64,000 nt of DNA from Myxococcota bacterium (GTDB lineage Bacteria > Myxococcota_A > SURF-8 > G963663525): contig CAXXVK010000030.1 in the NCBI GenBank assembly GCA_963676915.2, positions 1-64,000 of the forward strand, written 5' to 3'. The notes beneath the pieces were generated by a model. That model was not told the DNA's origin. It saw nothing but the letters and a program-made list of their open reading frames with translations, and searched no databases. A program made the translations under genes and the position numbers. Positions 9,504 to 17,125 of the stretch are shown here, one piece after another. The stretch's first letter is position 1. Every line of letters begins with the position of its first letter.

Positions 9504-10577
9504 TCAGCGTTTGCTTTTGATTTTTTTGACCTGCTTACGCAACCGACCCATTTTTTTGCCACTGGATTTGGATTGCATTTTTCCAGCCAGGGTCTGCTTT
9601 CGAGCCAGTCGCGCCATTTCGTCACGCTGCTTTTTGTAGTTGTTCACGCGAGCGGCATCCAGTTTGCCGTTTTCTACCGCTTCCCTAACGGCACAACCCG
9701 GTTCTTCGTCGTGTAGGCAATCGCGGAATTTGCACAACTGAGCCACTTCCTCAACATCCTCGAAAGCCTGCTGAAGCCCTTCGTCATCCACCCAGAGTTG
9801 GATTTCCCGCAACCCCGGAGTATCGACCACCATGGCTCCATTCTGCAAGAGGATCAATTCCCGGTGGGTGGTCGTATGGCGACCTTTACCGTCCTCTTCG
9901 CGTATTTCTCCCGTCCGCTGGCGCTCCGTACCAAGAAGGCGGTTGATCAGAGTAGACTTGCCGACACCGGAAGAACCAAGAAATACAACGGTATCTCCGG
10001 CTTTTAAGTACGAATTCAGAGTATCGATTCCATTGCCGGTTCGAGCACTCACGGCATGAACGTCCACACCTGGAGCGACATCTTCGACTTCCGCCAAAAA
10101 AGCTTCCGCATCCTCGCATAGATCCATTTTATTCAGAACAACCACCGGGCGGGCGCCGCTTTCCCAGGCCAAGGTAAGATAACGCTCGATACGTCGAAGG
10201 TTGTATTCGCGATCCAACGCCGATACAAGAAACACGGTTTCGATGTTCGCGGCAACGACTTGTTCTTCATCCGCTTTTCCGGCTTCTTTGCGTGAAAATG
10301 AACTGAAACGAGGCAAAACAGCGTGAATCTGCGCGGTATGGTCTGCATCCGAACGTTCGATGACAACCCAGTCACCTACACGGGGGTAGTCGGCGCGACA
10401 AGTAGCTTCGTGACGGAATTTCCCCGTGACTTCAGCCAACCATTCGCCTTTGGTATCTCGCAATCGGTAGTACCCGCGATCCTCTCGAACGATACGCGCC
10501 GGAACCCATCCGAACTCCCGGTATTCGGCGTAATACGCTTCGAAAACCGGTTTCCAGCCTAGTTGCTCAAGATCCAT
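9504..10577 (-). CDS. rsgA: Ribosome small subunit-dependent GTPase A
   Basis: VGDWV, NKMD, GSSGVGKSTLIN, GRHTTT, DTPGLRE and Zn site CKFRDCLHDEEPGC. Confidence 0.97.
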   Translation of the reverse strand: MDLEQLGWKPVFEAYYAEYREFGWVPARIVREDRGYYRLRDTKGEWLAEVTGKFRHEATCRADYPRVGDWVVIERSDADHTAQIHAVLPRFSSFSRKEAGKADEEQVVAANIETVFLVSALDREYNLRRIERYLTLAWESGARPVVVLNKMDLCEDAEAFLAEVEDVAPGVDVHAVSARTGNGIDTLNSYLKAGDTVVFLGSSGVGKSTLINRLLGTERQRTGEIREEDGKGRHTTTHRELILLQNGAMVVDTPGLREIQLWVDDEGLQQAFEDVEEVAQLCKFRDCLHDEEPGCAVREAVENGKLDAARVNNYKKQRDEMARLARKQTLAGKMQSKSSGKKMGRLRKQVKKIKSKR

Positions 10578-10706
10578 TCACCACCGAAAAAAGAAGGGAA
10601 AACACGACGATCCAGTCATTTACCATGAAACGTTCCCTTTGTACCTCAATTTCCCATTTACAAGCAAGATCGGGAGTGAATTTTTCGTGGGGAAACGTAA
10701 AAATGC

Positions 10707-10768
10707 GATGGTGCGGGATTGTATCCCGCACCCAAACGTTTCGGTTCAGGTTGGAAACCTGAACCATC
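10707..10768. repeat. Inverted pair of 26-nt REP-like palindromes
   Basis: GATGGTGCGGGATTGTATCCCGCACC (+, 10707-10732) and GATGGTTCAGGTTTCCAACCTGAACC (-, 10743-10768). Related unit at 16706-16731. Confidence 0.7.
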
Positions 10769-10808
10769 AGATTTTGTGTGAGAGTGGCAATATTCACGCC
10801 CGTCAAGA

Positions 10809-11117
10809 TCACCCCTTGCGGGAAATTTTCTCCCCAACTTTTCGCCATGGGTAAAGAAGCAACTCTTTGACACGCTCGGCTCCGGCTTCCCGTCCTCTTG
10901 CCCGATCTATGGCAATAAACAACGGCAACAACACGAGCATCAGCACAAACAGGACGAGAATCGCCAGAACGAATAACAACAGACTCAGCGTCCATCCCAC
11001 TCGCGCCACGGGAGCCATAACCCGTCGAGTTTCGTAACGTTCACCCAACTCGTTGATTTTCTCTGCCCATTTGTTCGGGGAACCTTCGATTTCCATGGCA
11101 GGATCGCTCATGTTCAC
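10809..11117 (-). CDS. Small hypothetical membrane protein
   Basis: Start overlaps the gcvPB stop; one long hydrophobic segment. Confidence 0.6.
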   Translation of the reverse strand: MNMSDPAMEIEGSPNKWAEKINELGERYETRRVMAPVARVGWTLSLLLFVLAILVLFVLMLVLLPLFIAIDRARGREAGAERVKELLLYPWRKVGEKISRKG

Positions 11118-12616
11118 TCCTCCTCGGAAGGACTCCAGCGCAGAATCGGACGCCTCGCCGCCGTTGCCTCATCGAAGCGCCGCCGAACCGGTCGAACCGG
11201 CGCATCGTGCAGAACTTCAGGAGACGTGCGGCACTCTTCGGCCACCTGCTTCATGGCTTCCACAAAACTGTCGAGCGTCTCCAGGCTTTCCGTGTCGGTG
11301 GGTTCGATCATCAATGCACCGTGAACGATCAACGGAAACGACATCGTAGGCGGATGGAAACCGAGGTCGATCAAACGCTTGGAAATATCGAGATTGTTGA
11401 CACCGTTTTGTGTGTGCTGACGTTTATCGCTGAACACGACTTCATGCATGCAGGTTCCGGGATACGGCAGATGGTAGTCGTCAACGAGACTGGCTCGCAG
11501 GTAATTGGCGTTGAGCACTGCCGATTCCGCAATGCGACGCAGATTGTCCCGACCCATTTCCATCAGGTAACTGTAAGCACGAACAAGCACGCCGAAATTG
11601 CCCCAAAAACCTTTCACTTTGCCGATGGACAACGGTCTTTCGTGATCGAAACGAAGCTTTCCTTCGTCAGAGACAATCACGGGAGACGGCAAGAACGGCT
11701 CCAACACGGATTTGACACCCACGGGACCGGCACCCGGACCGCCGCCGCCATGAGGCGTCGAAAACGTTTTGTGCAGGTTGAAATGAAGAACGTCGAACCC
11801 CATATCTCCGGGGCGAACCACGCCCAATATGGCGTTGAGATTGGCCCCGTCACAGTACACCAAACCACCTTTATCATGAACGATATCACATATTTCCTTA
11901 ATATGCGTCTCGAACAATCCCAAGGTGTTGGGATTGGTCATCATCACCCCGGCGACATCCTCGTCCATCGCCTCGGCAATGGTCTCGGGCAGCACGATGC
12001 CATCGGGACCGGATTTGATTTCTACCGTTTTGAATCCGCACAGAGCCGCAGAGGCCGGGTTGGTGCCATGAGCCGAATCCGGTACGAGAATTTTCTTACG
12101 AGGCTGTCCCTTATGAACGTGGTAAGCTCGAATCAGCATCAGACCGGTAAGTTCTCCATGCGCCCCGGCAGCAGGCTGGAGCGTCACGGCATCCATGCCG
12201 CTGATCTCGGCGAGTATGGATTCGAGGCAATGCATCATTTGCAGGTTGCCTTGCACCAACTCATCGGGAAGTTTGGGATGGGTTTTGGTGAACTCCGGCA
12301 GGCGAGCCATGTCCTCGTTGATTTTGGGGTTGTATTTCATCGTACACGACCCCAGCGGATAAAAGCCGGTATCGATGCAGTAATTCCACTGACTCAACCG
12401 CAAGAAATGCCGCATGACATCCACTTCGGTCAGCTCCGGAAAATGGCTTACTTCCTCGCGGACGAATTCCGCGCCCAGTTCTTCCGCCGGATCCACTTCG
12501 GGAACGTCGAGCGGAGCGAAACTATAGCCGGTTCTACCTGGCGAACCGATCTCGAATACCGTGGGCTCTTCCATCATCAACCCGGTCGTGCCGGGAGTAC
12601 AAGTTCTCGTTGTCAT
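11114..12616 (-). CDS. gcvPB: Glycine dehydrogenase (decarboxylating) subunit 2
   Basis: YPLGSCTMKYNP, QPAAGAHGE, SAHGTNPASA and PLP lysine in NLHKTFSTPHGGGGPG. Start set at ATG 12616 after GGAG. Confidence 0.96.
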   Translation of the reverse strand: MTTRTCTPGTTGLMMEEPTVFEIGSPGRTGYSFAPLDVPEVDPAEELGAEFVREEVSHFPELTEVDVMRHFLRLSQWNYCIDTGFYPLGSCTMKYNPKINEDMARLPEFTKTHPKLPDELVQGNLQMMHCLESILAEISGMDAVTLQPAAGAHGELTGLMLIRAYHVHKGQPRKKILVPDSAHGTNPASAALCGFKTVEIKSGPDGIVLPETIAEAMDEDVAGVMMTNPNTLGLFETHIKEICDIVHDKGGLVYCDGANLNAILGVVRPGDMGFDVLHFNLHKTFSTPHGGGGPGAGPVGVKSVLEPFLPSPVIVSDEGKLRFDHERPLSIGKVKGFWGNFGVLVRAYSYLMEMGRDNLRRIAESAVLNANYLRASLVDDYHLPYPGTCMHEVVFSDKRQHTQNGVNNLDISKRLIDLGFHPPTMSFPLIVHGALMIEPTDTESLETLDSFVEAMKQVAEECRTSPEVLHDAPVRPVRRRFDEATAARRPILRWSPSEEE

Positions 12617-12638
12617 TGTTTTTTCTCCTCGCCTCGGT

Positions 12639-13982
12639 TTACAGGGCCGCCAGTTCGTCGGCCAACCGGTCCAGATCCTCTTTGGCGTGAATTTCGGTTG
12701 CACATACCAACAGGTGACGATTCAACTCCGGATAATCGTCTTCCAGGGACAAACCGGCGACGATGTTCTTTTCCAGGAGTCGTTCTTGTACAACCTGCGG
12801 AGCGTGCTTTTCGCAGTGGAGAACGAACTCGTTGAACGTAGTTCCTTGAAATGCCAAAGAAAATCCCTCTATCCCAGCGAGTTTCTTTTTAAGGTACGTA
12901 GCCTTGGACAAGTTGGTTTTGGCCAAGCTTCGGATTCCTTCTTTACCTACCGTCGAAAGGAAAATGGTGGCGGCCAGCGCCATCAGTCCCTGATTGGTGC
13001 AGATATTGCTCGTCGCCTTATCGCGCCGAATGTGCTGTTCACGGGTGGACAACGTTAGCACGTAGCCTTTTCGTCCATCGGCGTCCGTAGCTTCTCCGCA
13101 AAGACGGCCCGGCATCTGTCGTACGTTTTTCTGCCCGGCCGAGAAAATCCCGAGCGACGGCCCGCCGAAATTGGGATCGCCCAAAAACGACTGCCCTTCC
13201 CCGCACACGATATCCGCACCGGCTCGTCCCGGTCCGGGAATCAGACCGAAAGCCAGCGGTTCGGAGAAGGTCGAAACCAGCAAGGCATCCGCATCATGGA
13301 CGATCGTCGCCAACGCGGGAAGATCTTCCAACACCCCGAAATAATTAGGATGTCCAACGATCAGACAGGCGCAATCGTCGAGTTTCGAACGAAGATCTTC
13401 GGTATCGATTTTGCCATCGGCACCGAAACCGACTTCAACCAGTTGATCCGGCTGATCCACCATGTAGGTCTGTGTCACCCGACGAAATTCGGGATGAACC
13501 GAACGTGCGATCAATACCTTATGTTTCTTGCGCTTGACTCGAAGACTCATCAACGCAGCTTCCGCGCAGGCGGTCGCACCGTCATACATAGATGCATTGG
13601 TCACATCCATTTCGAGCAACAAACACATCAACGTCTGGTATTCGAAAATCGCCTGCAGCGTTCCTTGACTGACTTCCGGCTGGTACGGCGTATAAGCCGT
13701 GTAAAACTCCGAACGCCGTAAAAGATGATCCACGACCCTCGGTGCTCGATGAGGATACTGTCCGGCTCCTAAGAAGGATACGAACTCTCCAGCACGGTTC
13801 ATGGCGGTAAGACGGGCAAATTCGCGCTCCACCTCTTCCTCGGATTTCGCCGGGGGAAGATCGAGTGCTTCTTTACATTGAAGTTCCTTGGGTATCGGTT
13901 CGAACAGTTCGTCCATCGACCCGATGCCGATCTTTTGCAGCATGCGGTCGATGTCCCGAGAAGTGTGGGGAAGATAACGCAT
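12639..13982 (-). CDS. gcvPA: Glycine dehydrogenase (decarboxylating) subunit 1
   Basis: MRYLPHT, FYTAYTPYQPEVSQG, NASMYDGATA, TREQHIRRDKATSNICTN. Confidence 0.96.
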   Translation of the reverse strand: MRYLPHTSRDIDRMLQKIGIGSMDELFEPIPKELQCKEALDLPPAKSEEEVEREFARLTAMNRAGEFVSFLGAGQYPHRAPRVVDHLLRRSEFYTAYTPYQPEVSQGTLQAIFEYQTLMCLLLEMDVTNASMYDGATACAEAALMSLRVKRKKHKVLIARSVHPEFRRVTQTYMVDQPDQLVEVGFGADGKIDTEDLRSKLDDCACLIVGHPNYFGVLEDLPALATIVHDADALLVSTFSEPLAFGLIPGPGRAGADIVCGEGQSFLGDPNFGGPSLGIFSAGQKNVRQMPGRLCGEATDADGRKGYVLTLSTREQHIRRDKATSNICTNQGLMALAATIFLSTVGKEGIRSLAKTNLSKATYLKKKLAGIEGFSLAFQGTTFNEFVLHCEKHAPQVVQERLLEKNIVAGLSLEDDYPELNRHLLVCATEIHAKEDLDRLADELAAL

Positions 13983-14284
13983 CGTCACCTCGAAAAGTAT
14001 GAAAAAATAATACGTTACACGACCAAACAGACAGTCCATCTGCAAGAAAAACCATGGTTTGCCGTTGTCGGAAACCTCGGGCCGTCCATCGGTCACAAGA
14101 AATCGTTGCCAGATCGTTCAATGGCACAGGCGAACAAAGATGTCAATACCACAAACCTGCAAAGAAAGCCGTGAATCTCACCGAAATCGTGCAGTTTTTC
14201 CCCTTGGCTATTGAAAGCGGCAAGAAATAGCCTATTGTTTGGATACGAGAAGCTTTTTTCAACAATTCAACCGGCGGGGCGCTT

Positions 14285-15499
14285 ATGACGAAAATCACCC
14301 TTCCCAATATCATCGTGGAAATGGACGGAGACGAAATGACCCGCGTCATCTGGCGCATGGTCAAGGAAAAACTGCTGTTTCCCTATCTTAGCTTGAACCT
14401 CGAAGCCTATGATCTTCACGTTTCTCACAGAGACGAAACCGACGATCAGGTAACCATCGAAGCCGCCAAGGCTATCCAGAAACACGGGGTAGGCGTCAAA
14501 TGCGCGACGATCACCCCCGATGCCGGTCGAGTCACCGAGTACAACCTGAAAAAAGCCTGGAAATCCCCCAACGGTACGATTCGGGCCATTCTCGATGGAA
14601 CGGTATTCCGAAAACCGATCATGACCCGCAACATTCCTCCGTTCGTACGGACCTGGAAAAAACCGATCGTCATTGGCCGTCACGCCTTCGGAGACATTTA
14701 CAAATCTTCGGAAATGATCGTCCCAGGGGCGGGAGAAGCCAAACTCGTATTCACCTCCGAAGATGGTCGAACGGAAGAGAAAACGCTCGCCCGCTTCGAA
14801 GGTCCGGGCGTGACCATGGGAATTTTCAACACGGAAAAATCGATCCGCAGCTTTGCGAAAGCTTGCATCCACTATGCAGGCGACCAAAGCATGGATCTCT
14901 GGTTTGCAGCGAAAGATACGATCAGCAAAACCTATCACGCCCGTTTCCGGGATATTTTCCAGGAAGAAATCGATTCGGCGAAAGAACGCTTGGACGAGGC
15001 AGGGTCTTCGTACCGTTATTTGCTGATCGACGACGCCGTGGCTCAGATCATCAAACACGAGGGCGGACTCCTGTGGGCTTGCATGAACTATGACGGCGAC
15101 GTCTTTTCGGACATGGTCGCCGCAGGCTTCGGCAGCTTGGGCATGATGAGTTCCGTTCTGGTATCCCCCGACGGTAAATATGAGTATGAAGCCGCTCATG
15201 GGACGGTACGGCGGCATTTCATGGAGCACCAAAAAGGCAATCCTACGAGTACAAATTCCGTCGCCACAATTTTCGCCTGGACCGGCGCCATCCGCAAACG
15301 CGGTCAGTTCGACGATGTGCCCGAAGCCATCGATTTCGCCGACAAACTGGAAGCAGCGGTCGTGCAGACCATCGAAAACGGCAACATGACCAAGGACTTG
15401 CGCCTGCTGGCCGATCCAAAACCCGAACGTTGGCTGACGACCGAAGAGTTTTTGGACGCCGTAGCCGACACACTCGAACAAAGTCTATCGTCCAAATAG
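14285..15499 (+). CDS. icd: NADP-dependent isocitrate dehydrogenase (homodimeric, eukaryote-like type)
   Basis: [46 protein letters not shown]. Confidence 0.96.
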   Translation: MTKITLPNIIVEMDGDEMTRVIWRMVKEKLLFPYLSLNLEAYDLHVSHRDETDDQVTIEAAKAIQKHGVGVKCATITPDAGRVTEYNLKKAWKSPNGTIRAILDGTVFRKPIMTRNIPPFVRTWKKPIVIGRHAFGDIYKSSEMIVPGAGEAKLVFTSEDGRTEEKTLARFEGPGVTMGIFNTEKSIRSFAKACIHYAGDQSMDLWFAAKDTISKTYHARFRDIFQEEIDSAKERLDEAGSSYRYLLIDDAVAQIIKHEGGLLWACMNYDGDVFSDMVAAGFGSLGMMSSVLVSPDGKYEYEAAHGTVRRHFMEHQKGNPTSTNSVATIFAWTGAIRKRGQFDDVPEAIDFADKLEAAVVQTIENGNMTKDLRLLADPKPERWLTTEEFLDAVADTLEQSLSSK

Positions 15500-15515
15500 T
15501 GAAACGAGGTTCGCA

Positions 15516-15788
15516 ATGCTGTTCGAAGTGGTGGTTTGTCGAAAAGGTGAAGCAATCTACCGGGCGTCAGTCGCCGAAATGGACACGGCGCGCCGCACGG
15601 CGGAATATCTTGCGATGAAGTACGACGAAAAAGCCGACAGCGTGTTCGTGTTGCGCGAGGGTAAGGTGCCGTTCTGGCTGATTTTCGACGAAACAAAGGA
15701 AGATTGGATCGAAGCCGACGAAGACCGCCTCCTTCAACTCAATCTGCAACCGGACAAAGTGGCAGGAACCTGGAAAGAAAAAGAATAA
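15516..15788 (+). CDS. Hypothetical protein
   Basis: GAGG ribosome-binding site, directly follows icd, typical codon usage. Confidence 0.65.
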   Translation: MLFEVVVCRKGEAIYRASVAEMDTARRTAEYLAMKYDEKADSVFVLREGKVPFWLIFDETKEDWIEADEDRLLQLNLQPDKVAGTWKEKE

Positions 15789-15874
15789 AATAATTGGATT
15801 TTTGCCATTTCTTTTCGTAATTTACCCAAGGATTATCGTCGCTTTTGGAACTTTGAGGTTCTATAAAAAAATTC

Positions 15875-15903
15875 TTGACAGCCAAGGGGCGTCGATATAG
15901 GTT
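15875..15903 (+). promoter_or_regulatory. Sigma70-type promoter of rplU-rpmA
   Basis: TTGACA-17 bp-TAGGTT, followed by leader hairpin CTTACGG...CCGTAAG (15913-15933). Confidence 0.7.
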
Positions 15904-15957
15904 TATGGCCCTCTTACGGGGGATTTCCGTAAGTATATTGTGTAGAAAGGTAGTAAC

Positions 15958-16287
15958 ATGTTCGCGGTAATCAAAACCGGTGGAAAACAATACAAAGTGG
16001 CTCCCGGCGATGTCATCCAGGTGGAAAAACTGGATGCGGAACTGGGTGAGATTACCTTGAATGACGTGCTGATGATCGGCAAGGACGGTGATTTCACCGT
16101 AGGTAAACCGTTTATCGAAGGTGCGGCGGTCAAAGCCATGGTCCTGCCCCAGGGCAAAGAAGGTCTGACCTACGGCAAAGGCGAGAAAATCTACGTGCTC
16201 AAAAGACGACGCCGCAAAAACTATCGGCGGAAAACCGGGCATCGCCAACTTTTCACCGAGTTGAAAATCACGTCGATCGAAGGCTGA
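15958..16287 (+). CDS. rplU: 50S ribosomal protein L21
   Basis: [14 protein letters not shown]...[11 protein letters not shown]. Confidence 0.97.
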   Translation: MFAVIKTGGKQYKVAPGDVIQVEKLDAELGEITLNDVLMIGKDGDFTVGKPFIEGAAVKAMVLPQGKEGLTYGKGEKIYVLKRRRRKNYRRKTGHRQLFTELKITSIEG

Positions 16288-16314
16288 GTCCCTTCACGGA
16301 AAGGCAGGAATCCG

Positions 16315-16578
16315 ATGGCACATAAAAAAGGTGGCGGCAGCAGCAGAAACGGTCGAGACAGCAACGGTCAACGCCGTGGCATCAAACGATACGATGGCCA
16401 GTTCGTAACGGGTGGATCGATCCTCGTACGCCAACTGGGCACGAAAATCCATCCCGGCTACAACGTCGGTCTGGGCAAAGACTACACCCTGTTCGCCAAA
16501 GTGGACGGGTATGTGAAATACGAACGGATGGGACGCGACCGCAAAAAGGTCTCGATTTATCCCGAACCGGTCAACTAA
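16315..16578 (+). CDS. rpmA: 50S ribosomal protein L27
   Basis: [16 protein letters not shown]...[25 protein letters not shown]. Confidence 0.98.
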   Translation: MAHKKGGGSSRNGRDSNGQRRGIKRYDGQFVTGGSILVRQLGTKIHPGYNVGLGKDYTLFAKVDGYVKYERMGRDRKKVSIYPEPVN

Positions 16579-16599
16579 ATCTTTCGAGATTTCAGTGAT

Positions 16600-16792
16600 T
16601 CAACCCGCCTTTCGGCGGGTTTTTTTATTGGTGAAACGTTTTCGACATCCATACGAAACGTTGCTTTTTCCCCGTCCGCATAGTTCTCCACAAAACAAAA
16701 CGCGAGGAGCAGGATACAATCCTGCTCCATCTGTAAAAATTTATCCATTTTACGAAACTTGATTCTTCCGAGACGTTGCTTTTTTTTTCCGC
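16600..16792 (-). ncRNA. Candidate GGA-rich small RNA (CsrB/RsmZ-like)
   Basis: Nine GGA on the minus strand within 16645-16792, two of them as ATGGA in hairpin loops, plus a duplicated GGAAAAA..GCAACGTYTCG unit. Speculative. Confidence 0.3.
16602..16626 (+). terminator. Intrinsic terminator after rpmA
   Basis: AACCCGCC-TTTC-GGCGGGTT followed by a T run. Confidence 0.88.
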
Positions 16793-16935
16793 TTTCTTTT
16801 ATGCAATATCGTGCCGAATCGGAGGGGATAACGCAAATTCGTACAATCTCACTGCGTGCCGCGTCTGTGCGGGTCAAACCACATCGTTTCATGCTGTTTC
16901 GTGCTCGAAAACCACCCTCTGTGCCACACCTTGTG

Positions 16936-16972
16936 CTGTCATATATGACAGATTCTGTGATATATCACAGAA
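16936..16972. promoter_or_regulatory. Tandem perfect palindromes, putative transcription-factor sites
   Basis: CTGTCATATATGACAG (16936-16951) and TTCTGTGATATATCACAGAA (16953-16972). Confidence 0.6.
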
Positions 16973-17125
16973 AACAGCCGTTTTCGAGGGTTTGCGCAGA
17001 CGCGAATCTGCCGGACGTTTTTGCGTAATCTCCTCCGAATCGACGTGAAACGGCGCGATTCGAAACGAAATGGCACAAGACGATTTTCGTCTGTCCGAAA
17101 GAGGTTGTTGGGACTCTCCTAAATC

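Noticed and set aside
13983-14284. Possible glycine riboswitch upstream of gcvPA
   Set aside because: The conserved GGAGA...CCGAAG...CTCTCAGG pattern was not found on the minus strand.
16575-17048. Short ORFs in the rpmA-glycosidase gap
   Set aside because: No RBS, atypical composition, and they overlap the terminator and palindromes.
17070-17090. TGGCAC on the plus strand as a sigma54 promoter (also ~14121)
   Set aside because: No GC at the -12 position.
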